The notes below the pieces were generated by a model. That model did not search any database. It was not told the DNA's origin and was given only the letters and a program-made list of their open reading frames with translations. Positions 29,377-38,526 of a DNA stretch of 64,000 bases are shown one piece after another. The stretch is from Candidatus Fermentibacterota bacterium (GTDB taxonomy: Bacteria; Fermentibacterota; Fermentibacteria; Fermentibacterales; JCC-6), in assembly GCA_030609965.1 (NCBI GenBank), contig JAUWSQ010000003.1, positions 3,861-67,860 on the forward strand. Direction: 5' to 3'. Each line of letters opens with the position of its first letter. The stretch's first letter is position 1. The position numbers were made by a program, and so were the translations under genes.

Positions 29377-29459
29377 CTTCAAATCAGCAGACAAGAAGCA
29401 TAAGTCATTCCCCTGGTCGCAGTTCTGCTGCATTTGTTTGCTGACTCAAGAATTTGCCC
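29377..29459. repeat. Approximately 85-bp repeated intergenic element, copy 1 (CTTCAAATCAGCAGACAAGAAGC ... GTTCTGCTGCATTTGTTTGCTG).
   Basis: About 80% identical to 47958-48038. Terminal imperfect inverted repeat CAAATCAGCAGA / TCTGCTGCATTTG followed by a T-rich tract. Confidence 0.65.
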
Positions 29460-29506
29460 GGGTTTACCTCCAAAGAACACGGCAGAGATTAAAACATTTG
29501 TGTCAA

Positions 29507-29800
29507 TTACGACTTGCATTTCTCAGATCGTGTCTCTTTAATAGCCTCGAGGATATCCTCGGGTTTCATTTCTGATTCATATGCAACCTGCCTGGCTCGC
29601 AGTATTATTTCTTTGAACTCATCGGAAGAGGGTGGAGTTATTGTTTTAAGAACAACTATATCTCCCTCACCCAATACAACAAATCTTGTCCCTGCTTTCA
29701 GATGGAGAGCTTTTCTGATCTCCTCGGGGATAACAATTTGCCCTTTGGATGACATTTTTGTCGTGGCAACAGTATTCATTTCTTCATTCCAATCATGCAT
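29507..29800 (-). CDS. AbrB/MazE/SpoVT-family DNA-binding protein (antitoxin-like), orphan.
   Basis: MSSKGQIVIPEEIRKALHLKAGTRFVV..GDIVVLK is a swapped-hairpin barrel motif. No cognate toxin ORF downstream. Start codon ambiguous (three in-frame ATGs). Confidence 0.6.
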   Translation of the reverse strand: MHDWNEEMNTVATTKMSSKGQIVIPEEIRKALHLKAGTRFVVLGEGDIVVLKTITPPSSDEFKEIILRARQVAYESEMKPEDILEAIKETRSEKCKS

Positions 29801-29881
29801 AAGTCTATAATCTTACTGGTAAGATTATGTGGATTCGAGCCTCGCATGTCAATCTTCTCCTAGAGTGAACAATGATTCTAC

Positions 29882-29920
29882 AGCTGCAGTATAACCTTGC
29901 TTACTAGTTATACTGCAGCT
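29882..29920. promoter_or_regulatory. Perfect 14-bp inverted repeat AGCTGCAGTATAAC-N11-GTTATACTGCAGCT in the divergent intergenic region between the AbrB-like gene and the RR-HK operon.
   Basis: Read directly from the sequence. Candidate operator. Confidence 0.5.
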
Positions 29921-30154
29921 TCATATACTGAGGGAGGATTATCTTGCTACGAAACTGGAGGAGTTTGAAACAAGCTCTGGATGCAGCCAAACTGTATCGG
30001 CATTACTACCTTAGCATTTCCTACCAAATTGATACTTTACAGCAGATATGCAGGCGAGTATACATATGCGTCGCTGATTTGATTCTATCACTTAACAATT
30101 CACGAATTGCATTTGCGGGACAAGTTTGCAGAAGATTAACAGGGGGGAAGACAA

Positions 30155-30559
30155 ATGTTAGATGAAAAGAAGACTATTCTTATTGTGGATGACGATCCTG
30201 ACGCTATCGCCTTTGCGGAATCTGTGATATCCGATCTTGGGGACTTCAACGTGATTACAGCTGAGGACGGTGAAAGCGGGCTCAACAGTGCGAAATCCTT
30301 CAAGCCGGATCTTATTATTCTGGATGTGACAATGCCGGTGAAGAATGGATTTGAAACATTCAATGATCTAAGAAAATCTGATGACCTGAAAGACACTCCG
30401 GTTATCATGCTTACAGGTATCGCTCATGATTCAGGAATCGCTTTTAAGGGCAAAGATATGGGGCATTATTTCGGAAAAGAACCTGAAGCATTTATAGATA
30501 AGCCGGTCGATCCTGCAAAACTTCAGCAGGAGATAAAAAAGGTGCTCGGGATTCAATAA
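30155..30559 (+). CDS. Single-domain response regulator (receiver).
   Basis: ILIVDDDPDA.., LIILDVTMP.., KPV. CheY-like. Confidence 0.8.
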   Translation: MLDEKKTILIVDDDPDAIAFAESVISDLGDFNVITAEDGESGLNSAKSFKPDLIILDVTMPVKNGFETFNDLRKSDDLKDTPVIMLTGIAHDSGIAFKGKDMGHYFGKEPEAFIDKPVDPAKLQQEIKKVLGIQ

Positions 30560-30592
30560 GCAAACCTCTATCCTAAACTCTGAAACGGAATT

Positions 30593-31819
30593 ATGGCTGT
30601 TTTCGAAACAGAGGCTCATTTACAGACATTGTACAGGATAGACAAATTTCTATCTTCTATCAGTGATCTTGACAGCCTTCTGCTTGCGATAATCAAAGAA
30701 GGGGCAGCTGTAACCGGCGCAGAATCCGCTTCTATTGGTCTTTATGATTCATTAACGAATGATCTTTATTTCTATATTGCTGGCGGAAGCGCTGATCAGA
30801 CGGATTTTGAGCAGAAGCTCGAATGCGTGCGTCTTAAAATGGGCGAGGGAGTCATCGGGTGGTGTGCTGAAAACAGAGAACCGGTGAACGTAAGAGACAC
30901 TTCATCAGATTCCAGATTCTCCTCAAAAGCAGACACTGAAACCGGGTTTATAACAGAGTCTCTGCTTGCTGTTCCTATGATAGTGCACAATAAACTGATC
31001 GGAGTTATTGAGGCGGTGAACAAAACGGTTCCGGGAGGGTTTACCGAAGGTGATCAGAAAGTGCTCACTATACTGGCTTCACAGGCAGCACTTGTTATCG
31101 AGAATGCTACACTGTACCAGGAAAACCTCCGGCACGCCAGATTAAGCGCACTGGGCCAGGGAATTGCCGGAGCAGCTCACTGCATAAAGAATATCCTGAA
31201 CGGAATTGATGGCGGGTCATATATCCTTGAACGGGCTCTGGAGAGCAGCAACTTTGAAAAGGTGCTGCAGGGTTGGGATATACTGAGCAGGAACACGAAG
31301 ATCATGAAAGGTCTCGTAATGGATATGCTCGCCTATTCCAAGGACAGGAAGCCTGAATACGTAGAATACGAAATCAACCGCATCTGCATTGATATCAGGG
31401 ATCTGCTGCAGGAGGAGGCCGCTAAGAAAGGCATTAGTATTGTCCTTGAATTATCGGAAGACGTAGGTATTGTGACGATCGATCCTCAGGGGATTTACAG
31501 ATGCCTGCTCAACTTCGTATCAAATTCAATTGATGCATGTGATAATGATGGAATTGTCACACTAAAGACTGATATATTATCTAAAGATAATTTTCTGACT
31601 GTATCTGTTTCGGACAACGGGTGCGGAATAAGCGAAGAGAATATTGAAAAACTGTTTCAGGTATTCTTCAGTACAAAAGGTTCAAAAGGAACAGGGCTCG
31701 GACTTTCAGTTTCGCACAAAATAATCACTGAGCACGGAGGAAACATTAAGGTCACCTCCCAACCGGGTCGCGGCACTGAATTTAAGATACACCTCCCTCT
31801 GAACAGGGCTGATCCTTAA
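30593..31819 (+). CDS. GAF-domain sensor histidine kinase.
   Basis: N-terminal GAF (..GVIGWCAE..PMIVHNKLIGVIEAVNK). H-box AAHCIKN; N, G1, G2 boxes (NFVSNSIDA, DNGCGI, GTGLGLS). Confidence 0.8.
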   Translation: MAVFETEAHLQTLYRIDKFLSSISDLDSLLLAIIKEGAAVTGAESASIGLYDSLTNDLYFYIAGGSADQTDFEQKLECVRLKMGEGVIGWCAENREPVNVRDTSSDSRFSSKADTETGFITESLLAVPMIVHNKLIGVIEAVNKTVPGGFTEGDQKVLTILASQAALVIENATLYQENLRHARLSALGQGIAGAAHCIKNILNGIDGGSYILERALESSNFEKVLQGWDILSRNTKIMKGLVMDMLAYSKDRKPEYVEYEINRICIDIRDLLQEEAAKKGISIVLELSEDVGIVTIDPQGIYRCLLNFVSNSIDACDNDGIVTLKTDILSKDNFLTVSVSDNGCGISEENIEKLFQVFFSTKGSKGTGLGLSVSHKIITEHGGNIKVTSQPGRGTEFKIHLPLNRADP

Positions 31820-31823
31820 TCGA

Positions 31824-31860
31824 GAAAGAGGACAGCATTTGAACTGCCGTCCTCTTGAAT
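31824..31860. terminator. Bidirectional hairpin (AAGAGGACAGCA-N7-TGCCGTCCTCTT) between the convergent HK and integrase genes.
   Basis: 11-bp stem with one mismatch, read from the sequence. Weak U-tract. Confidence 0.45.
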
Positions 31861-31888
31861 AGAATCCCCGTGTTCTGAAAAGTCCCGA

Positions 31889-32743
31889 TTACTTCTTCAA
31901 AAGGAACCTGTCCGCGGGGCTGTTGACCCTGAGTGCACTTCTGCCCTCCGCAAGCTTCATGTAGGGAGATATCATGGATGGCGTAGTAATTCCCAGAAGT
32001 GTGCGCACGAGTTTTCTGTCAATCCCGTCCTCAAGCATATGAACTGCAAAGCTGTGCCTGAGCCATCCGAGAGTTGCACGTTTATCAATACCAACGGCAA
32101 GCATCGCCTCTGCGAAGGCTCTCTGGATTGTTCTGGGGGAAATACAGTTGGTTTTGCCCCTGCCGGGGAACATCCAGGGAGAATCATCGGTTCTGGTTTC
32201 GATATAGTACCTGAGAATATCAGATATCGATTTCGCCAGTATTGTATCCCGGATGAACTCACCATTCTGATCGTTCACATGGATCACCATTTTATCGAAG
32301 TCGACAGCAATTCTTTGCAGATGTGTAACCTCACCCACTCTCAATCCCGAAGAATAGATGAGCATGAGAGCCAGCCTGTATTTCAGTTCGTGTACGTTAG
32401 AGAATATCTGACTGATCTCGTCTCTGCTGAAGATGCCATGCATGGGAATCTTCTTTGAAATGAGACCGGGACCGGGGAAAGGGTTTTCCTTTTTAAGCAC
32501 ATGCTTGTACATGAATCTGATAGCACTCTGGGCCTGGTTGATATAGGAAAGTGATTTTCCCTCATCAACAAGATCCTCAAGGTACTTTCTCAGAGTATCC
32601 TCATCAAGTTCAACCGTTTTACTCCCGTACGTATTCTCGAGCCTTCGGATGTGAGACAAATAGCTGTTGGCTGTCTTTGGGCTTCGTCCCGCGGTTCTGA
32701 GAACCTTCCTGGTCTGTTCAACGTAGTCAGGCATTTCTTCCAT
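31889..32743 (-). CDS. Tyrosine site-specific recombinase (phage integrase / XerD-like).
   Basis: Catalytic R (GLRVGEV), H-x-x-R (LRHSFAVHML), catalytic Y (SPYMKL). N-terminal SAM-like core-binding domain. No adjacent tRNA. Confidence 0.8.
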   Translation of the reverse strand: MEEMPDYVEQTRKVLRTAGRSPKTANSYLSHIRRLENTYGSKTVELDEDTLRKYLEDLVDEGKSLSYINQAQSAIRFMYKHVLKKENPFPGPGLISKKIPMHGIFSRDEISQIFSNVHELKYRLALMLIYSSGLRVGEVTHLQRIAVDFDKMVIHVNDQNGEFIRDTILAKSISDILRYYIETRTDDSPWMFPGRGKTNCISPRTIQRAFAEAMLAVGIDKRATLGWLRHSFAVHMLEDGIDRKLVRTLLGITTPSMISPYMKLAEGRSALRVNSPADRFLLKK

Positions 32744-33031
32744 CCTTTCAAATAATTGTTGTCCTGGTTTTGGCGCAATTCTTCCATAGTATACTATTTG
32801 TTTGAATTAATTTACTAAATGAGTTTAAATTTGTCAAGTTAGTTAGTAACGACAAAATGAATAAAACAGACTAAATCCGTATCCCAAAAGTATGGAATGG
32901 CCTGGAGTACTTACGTTGATTGATGAAAATGACCATAATTTAATGCTTCCGGCTGGATTTTACTCCAGACCCTTGACATATTCATTTCATTAGCTGAAAC
33001 TAATTACTTACTGATTTCTGAATGGAGAACA

Positions 33032-35209
33032 ATGATCCTCTTCCCGGGTATCTCGCCAAAGGTCATGCTGCGCGTGCTGTTCCCCTTCATTTTCAGTACG
33101 ATAGCAATAGCCGCTGTCCTAGCAGCATATATCCATTTTACTGATGATATATGCTCTCATGTAATCCTGTTGGAGCAGGAACAGGCCATCCAGACCGCGA
33201 AGAGCATTACCGGTATTTCAATGGATGAAAACACGTCCATTGTAATGTTCAACCATCGCCAGTCTGACGGTTTTGTCTATCTCGACCTTAAACCTGAATT
33301 CCTTGGATCCTTCAACCTGAGCGAATGCACCATCATATACTCGATCCAGGATGATGTGTTCGAAGGTGCTTCCTTCGAGGAAGATTCTCTTGCGCGAATC
33401 GCCCTGACCAGCGGCTTACCGGTAATGCAGTATCTGGAAAGGGGTAAGGAAAACAGTCTTCTGGTTTTCTATCCTGTTATCGATTCATCCCGGAATAGCT
33501 CGATTTCCAGGATGGTTTTTGAAAACGTTCACGGAAATGACAGAGCTGGCAATTTATACAATTTTTATATCATTTCTGCTGCAGTGCTTGTATTGTTCCT
33601 TCTGCCCAGCTTATTTCTGAAGCTGGCCGACCTTCGAAGACAGATCGAAAAGAACGGTTTCTATCAGACTAATGACGCTGTGAAAACCGCAAGAAACGCA
33701 GATAACATGACAATTGACGATTATCCATCATCGTTTCTTGAGGGTTATGAATTCCCGGCGCTGTTCCGCCTGGATCTCAATGGCGTAGTTCTTTACATGA
33801 ATAATTCCGCAGAAAAACTGATCGATATTTCTAAGAACGATATCAAGGGTGTCAAATTCCACGAACTGCCCTGTATCAGCAGTGAGGATCAGAACCGGAT
33901 CAAGTACCCGGAGCATGAAGAATCGTTTGAATTGATTATCGGTATTATCGACAGCTCCGGGATTTCCCAAAAAGCTGTTTTCAGAATTAAGATGCTCGGT
34001 GAGACTGGATACGCCATATCAGTTAAGGATTTCGAAAATGAGGAAAGTAAATCTTTGGAAACAAAGATAATGGAAAATGATTCGCAGCTGCGAGAAGTAC
34101 CTGCCCGAATCCAGCCCGACATCGATCTTCAGAGTATCAGAACATACCTGCAGGAGGGAAGGATAAAGTTTCAGGGAGATCAGTCCTTTCTTGATCACCT
34201 TAATGGGATATCTGACCTTCTTTCGGGGAGGGACAAGCTTCTTGAAACACAGGATCAGGGTCAGATTATAACCATTGAGATTTTCTCTGAACTTGATGCA
34301 ATATCCACAGCGCTGAATGATGTTCTTCCCGAGAGGGTGTCAATAGAACTGGATGTTCCCGGTTTTCTGCCGATGATTGAATGTTCAAGAGTAGATTTCA
34401 CTCAGATAGTCAAGAACATGGTATTCTACTCTCTTGAATCAACAAACGGTTCGATAAGAATAGTACTCGGTGCCAGGGATGTCCCTTCACCAGTATCCGA
34501 TTCGGTTTTTTCATCAAACTGCGACCGAACCGTTTCCAGATCAGTATCTATGAGCTTTACTGATGGAACCAGAATACCCGTAGTACTCAAAGAAGCTCTC
34601 CTTGATCCAGAGACAGATCTGTCGGGCATTCAGAGAGATTACGGCTCTCATATTTCAACTGTTGCTTCAGTACTGTCAAGGCTTGACTGTCATCCTGTGT
34701 TCACGGAAGGATCAACAGGTACTACCCTTAATATCCTTTTCCGAACCAGTGAAGACTATCTTTTCGATGTATCCCATTCGGAATCATTCAGCAGAATCAA
34801 CCTGAGTAGTATAAAACTGGCGATATGCGATGCGTCGCGGGCTGTCAGGGAGAGCGTTTCCGATGTTCTTACGATGTACGGTATAAGTGTTTTCACTGCA
34901 GCTGACCTGGAAGAAATAAAGGAAATGATGACTGATTCAAAAGTTAATTATTTACTGCTGGACCATTCCGCTATCGATGACCCGCTGGGAGAGGTTCTCT
35001 CAGACATAAGAATAGAATTTCCAGATCTCGAAATCATTATTACTACAGGCTTTTCTTATGACGATGATTCAATACCTGAAGAATCTGGATCGAAAGTCAG
35101 CATTCTTAGAAAACCATATTCCACGGATGAATTGCTTAACATCATCGAGATGTCTGTCTCACCTGGATCAATTTCTGAAAATATGAGAACCACCGGGAGG
35201 AAGGAATGA
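33032..35209 (+). CDS. Hybrid sensor: periplasmic domain between two TMs, PAS, degenerate HisKA/HATPase core, C-terminal receiver.
   Basis: TM1 (about aa 12-35), TM2 (about aa 175-195). PAS-like LDLNGVVLYMNNSAEKLIDISKNDIKGVKFHEL. Possible H-box SFLDHLNGISDLL, N-box IVKNMVFYSLESTNGSIRIVL. REC with ICDAS / LLLDHS / ITTG / LRKPY. Confidence 0.55.
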   Translation: MILFPGISPKVMLRVLFPFIFSTIAIAAVLAAYIHFTDDICSHVILLEQEQAIQTAKSITGISMDENTSIVMFNHRQSDGFVYLDLKPEFLGSFNLSECTIIYSIQDDVFEGASFEEDSLARIALTSGLPVMQYLERGKENSLLVFYPVIDSSRNSSISRMVFENVHGNDRAGNLYNFYIISAAVLVLFLLPSLFLKLADLRRQIEKNGFYQTNDAVKTARNADNMTIDDYPSSFLEGYEFPALFRLDLNGVVLYMNNSAEKLIDISKNDIKGVKFHELPCISSEDQNRIKYPEHEESFELIIGIIDSSGISQKAVFRIKMLGETGYAISVKDFENEESKSLETKIMENDSQLREVPARIQPDIDLQSIRTYLQEGRIKFQGDQSFLDHLNGISDLLSGRDKLLETQDQGQIITIEIFSELDAISTALNDVLPERVSIELDVPGFLPMIECSRVDFTQIVKNMVFYSLESTNGSIRIVLGARDVPSPVSDSVFSSNCDRTVSRSVSMSFTDGTRIPVVLKEALLDPETDLSGIQRDYGSHISTVASVLSRLDCHPVFTEGSTGTTLNILFRTSEDYLFDVSHSESFSRINLSSIKLAICDASRAVRESVSDVLTMYGISVFTAADLEEIKEMMTDSKVNYLLLDHSAIDDPLGEVLSDIRIEFPDLEIIITTGFSYDDDSIPEESGSKVSILRKPYSTDELLNIIEMSVSPGSISENMRTTGRKE

Positions 35210-35886
35210 TTTTCGAAAACTGGATAGTGAAACTGCTTCTAGCGGCCTTTCTGGGATCCCTTATAGGCCTGGAGAGGGAGTATCATGGAAGACCCGCAGG
35301 ATTACGGACCCACATGCTCGTGTCCATCGGAGCAGCCATGATAACCATCTGCGGTCTTGCAATTGGCGGTAGCAGCCCCAACCCAGGTGCAGAGGTCAGC
35401 AGGATAGTCGCTGGAGTGGTTACCGGGATTGGATTCCTGGGAGCAGGAGCCATCATCAGAACAAGTGATTTTGTAAGAGGACTTACTACCGCGGCGTGTA
35501 TATGGTTTGTCGCTGCCCTGGGAGTGACCATCGGACTGGGGGAGTACCTTCTGGCACTGTCCTCAACAGGTATTGCCCTGCTTGTGCTGATCCTGTTGCC
35601 ATTTCTCGAAGATCGCCTTGCTGATCTGAAGTATCGTGATGTAAAAATACTGGGTGAGAACATGGAACCGGAACTGCTTGTGGAAAACTGTTCCAGCATT
35701 TTTGAGAACTACAAAATGGGCATACATGATATTGATATTGAAATTGAAAGAGACGGAAACTCAATCAGTCTTCTTTACCATTTGAGGATAAGAAAACTGG
35801 AGAACAAACTGGAGCTTCTTAACGCTCTTTCAGATGTAAAGGGCGTTATCAAAGTACAATGGCAGAGGTCACTTGGGAAGATTTAG
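35206..35886 (+). CDS. mgtC: MgtC/SapB-family membrane protein with C-terminal ACT-like domain.
   Basis: LLAAFLGSLIGLEREYHGRPAGLRTHMLVSIGAAM is the MgtC signature. Start overlaps the sensor stop (ATGA). Confidence 0.8.
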   Translation: MIFENWIVKLLLAAFLGSLIGLEREYHGRPAGLRTHMLVSIGAAMITICGLAIGGSSPNPGAEVSRIVAGVVTGIGFLGAGAIIRTSDFVRGLTTAACIWFVAALGVTIGLGEYLLALSSTGIALLVLILLPFLEDRLADLKYRDVKILGENMEPELLVENCSSIFENYKMGIHDIDIEIERDGNSISLLYHLRIRKLENKLELLNALSDVKGVIKVQWQRSLGKI

Positions 35887-37229
35887 CTTTGTTTCTTCGG
35901 GAACAGAGGCATGGCAGCCATATGGAAGAGTTCCTCACAGGCTTTCCTGACCTTTTCCTTGATTTCCGGACTGCAGCATACGGTGAGGTAGTTACTGTTT
36001 GGATGTGCCCGGGACAGGTATTCTGCAAAGGGCGGATCCACTTTTTCCAGCTGCAGAATATTTCCAGACCGGTCAAGGTACTTGATATCGAGTTTTGAGA
36101 ATCTTTCTTCCGATACTTTAACAACTTCCAGAGGCATATCCACGAGAATGTATCCAGGTTCTATACCGGCTGTTTCGGACAGCTTCAGGGCAAGATCGCT
36201 GACCCTTTCGGCAGCTGTTTCGCCTGATATGCTGACTGCATTCAGGAAGGAAACATCGCTGTCATCAAGGGTTGAAGCGTCTATCTGGAAAACCTGTGAG
36301 AACAGCTTCTGCCTGTATTTCACTCTCCAGGCCATATCCCTCACCCAGGGATCCTCCGATCTCTGTGCAAGAAAACTCAGTATTTCGTCATCGGTCAAGA
36401 TCTGGAAATCATCTATCTCCTTCAAATCAACGATGCTTCTTCTTGCAGCGGAAAGAAGCATCATATCCACGATTCTTGTTTTTTTGTGCAGGTAGACACT
36501 TGAATACATCTGCATCCTTGCGAAGAGAAAATCACGGATAGCTTCGTGACCCTTGATGAGAAATACTATTTCATTATCCACAACCCTCATTGTTGATATT
36601 ATCCTGTCCAGCTCAATATGCCCGAAGGCTACTCCAGTGAAATAGAAATCCCTCTGAAGGTAATCCAGCATATCAGCATCGACCTCTCCGAAAATCATCT
36701 GCTGAAGGTAACGGGGTCCGCTGTAGCTGCTGCTGATAAGGTCGGCTACATCCGTGGGATTCACACCGTGTGATTTGAGTATCTCCGGAATCCTTCCTGA
36801 TCCTCTGATGTTCATAGTAACGTTACCCTTGACCATGTCGGCTACCAGGTCCATATGATCAACACCGTTCATCTCTATGTAGAGCGGTTCCAGTGTATGA
36901 GACCAGGGCGTATGTCCAATGTCATGAAGCATGCCTGCGGCCTGCAGCAGCTTACGGATATCCGTCTTCTCCGAATCAGTCATTCCCTGTTCATTTTCAA
37001 GGATGTGCATGCATATCGAGTCCGCAAGGTAAGAAACCCCAAGTGCATGGGAAAGGCGCATTCCGTGTGCTCCGGGATAACTCTGGAATGTTGTACCGAG
37101 CTGGTGTACGAAACTGAGCCTCTGAACTTCAACTGTCTGAATCAGTTCCTCCTGTAGCCTTGAAAGACGGATATTCCCATGTACGGGATCTCGAATGTAC
37201 ATTACCTTATGTTCTGTCTGATTCTTCAT
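35883..37229 (-). CDS. HD-domain dNTP triphosphohydrolase-like protein (SAMHD1/EF1143-like).
   Basis: YIRDPVHGNIRLS..VQRLSFVHQLG..YPGAHGMRLSHALGV and LHDIGHTPWSH are HD motifs. The track ORF extends to 37289 (TTG). Start chosen at the internal ATG (MKNQ..). Confidence 0.65.
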   Translation of the reverse strand: MKNQTEHKVMYIRDPVHGNIRLSRLQEELIQTVEVQRLSFVHQLGTTFQSYPGAHGMRLSHALGVSYLADSICMHILENEQGMTDSEKTDIRKLLQAAGMLHDIGHTPWSHTLEPLYIEMNGVDHMDLVADMVKGNVTMNIRGSGRIPEILKSHGVNPTDVADLISSSYSGPRYLQQMIFGEVDADMLDYLQRDFYFTGVAFGHIELDRIISTMRVVDNEIVFLIKGHEAIRDFLFARMQMYSSVYLHKKTRIVDMMLLSAARRSIVDLKEIDDFQILTDDEILSFLAQRSEDPWVRDMAWRVKYRQKLFSQVFQIDASTLDDSDVSFLNAVSISGETAAERVSDLALKLSETAGIEPGYILVDMPLEVVKVSEERFSKLDIKYLDRSGNILQLEKVDPPFAEYLSRAHPNSNYLTVCCSPEIKEKVRKACEELFHMAAMPLFPKKQS

Positions 37230-37426
37230 AACTGACTGTATCTCCGTCCGGCCTGGGTCTATACATGAAGTAACCTGATTCCGAGTCAACTTTTAGGTAC
37301 CCGGCTGCTGATACTATTTCAGATGCAGCATGAATATATTTACCGAATCTCCGTGCGGAAGTAAACAGATAGTGTTGCATGGTGTTTAAGAGCGAGTAAT
37401 ATTCAGGCTTCCGGAGGAAACAGCAT

Positions 37427-38311
37427 ATGGCCAGAGTAGATTTTCATATCCACAGTACCGCTTCTGATGGCACAAGGCCTCCAGCTGAACTTGTGGCAAT
37501 GGCAAGCGAGAAATCCCTTTCGGTGATTTCGATAACAGACCACGATACATTGGATGGAATTCCCGAAGGTGCTGCGGCCGCAGTGAAATTTGAGATGGAA
37601 TTCATACCCGGGATTGAGTTGAGCGTTGATCTTGAGGAGAAGGAACTTTCTGCCCATCTGCTGGGCTATTTCCCGGGTGTTGAGATCCCGCTTCTGACAA
37701 GTGGATCACACCCCCTCGGGAAGGCTATTGCTTACGTCCAGGGAGGCCGTTCCCGAAGGAATCCGAGAATACTTGCGAAACTTGCAGAAAGCAGTATTCA
37801 TATTGAAATGGAAGCAGTACAGCTTATCGCATTAGGCGATGTTGTGGGGAGGCCGCATATAGCCGAAGCAATGTTAAATGCCGGATATGTAGGAAGTTTG
37901 AATGAAGCCTTCGGTCGTTTCCTCGCAAAAGGGAAAAGTGCATACGTTGAAAGAGACAGACTTTCAGTTTTCAAAGCTATTGAGATCATTCTGGAAACAG
38001 GCGGATTGCCTGTAATGGCTCATCCAGGATATATTGATATGGACAGCAAAAAGCTCAGGAATCTTTTCATGAGAATGAAGGGGCATGGATTGGTGGGAAT
38101 CGAAGTCTACTATCCATCACATACCGCTTCAACGATTGCAATGCTTAAGAGCTTTTCGCGGGAATTCGAGCTTGTTGTGACAGGCGGAACCGACTATCAT
38201 GGCAGGAGTATTGAAGCTGTTCCCCTCGGAGGAACAGAAGATGGATTTAATATTGAGCTTGAGAATGTTAAGGATTTCATATCCCTTTGCAGAGATTATA
38301 GCAGGAGGTAG
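37427..38311 (+). CDS. PHP-domain phosphoesterase (TrpH/YciV-like).
   Basis: VDFHIHSTASDG, ITDHDT, MAHPGY, GTDYHG are PHP metal-binding motifs. Confidence 0.8.
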   Translation: MARVDFHIHSTASDGTRPPAELVAMASEKSLSVISITDHDTLDGIPEGAAAAVKFEMEFIPGIELSVDLEEKELSAHLLGYFPGVEIPLLTSGSHPLGKAIAYVQGGRSRRNPRILAKLAESSIHIEMEAVQLIALGDVVGRPHIAEAMLNAGYVGSLNEAFGRFLAKGKSAYVERDRLSVFKAIEIILETGGLPVMAHPGYIDMDSKKLRNLFMRMKGHGLVGIEVYYPSHTASTIAMLKSFSREFELVVTGGTDYHGRSIEAVPLGGTEDGFNIELENVKDFISLCRDYSRR

Positions 38312-38316
38312 AACAA

Positions 38317-38526
38317 GTGGCTAAGCTTAGTGAACTGATTGAAAAGATAGATACTGAGGCTAAAGAGGGCAACAGAAAGAAAGCATTGCTGATGCTTGAA
38401 AAACTTCTTGAAAAAGTGCCGGACAACAAGCAGCTTCTTTCCCGCAAGGCGAAGTTTCAGAAAGAGTACCGCTTCGAAAAACGGATAATCGCTCTTGAAG
38501 AGAAGTACGGTATAGCAACTGAATAA
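38317..38526 (+). CDS. Small hypothetical protein (69 aa, Lys/Glu-rich).
   Basis: GTG start with AGGAGG RBS 8 nt upstream. Abuts the downstream lipoprotein gene. Confidence 0.45.
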   Translation: MAKLSELIEKIDTEAKEGNRKKALLMLEKLLEKVPDNKQLLSRKAKFQKEYRFEKRIIALEEKYGIATE

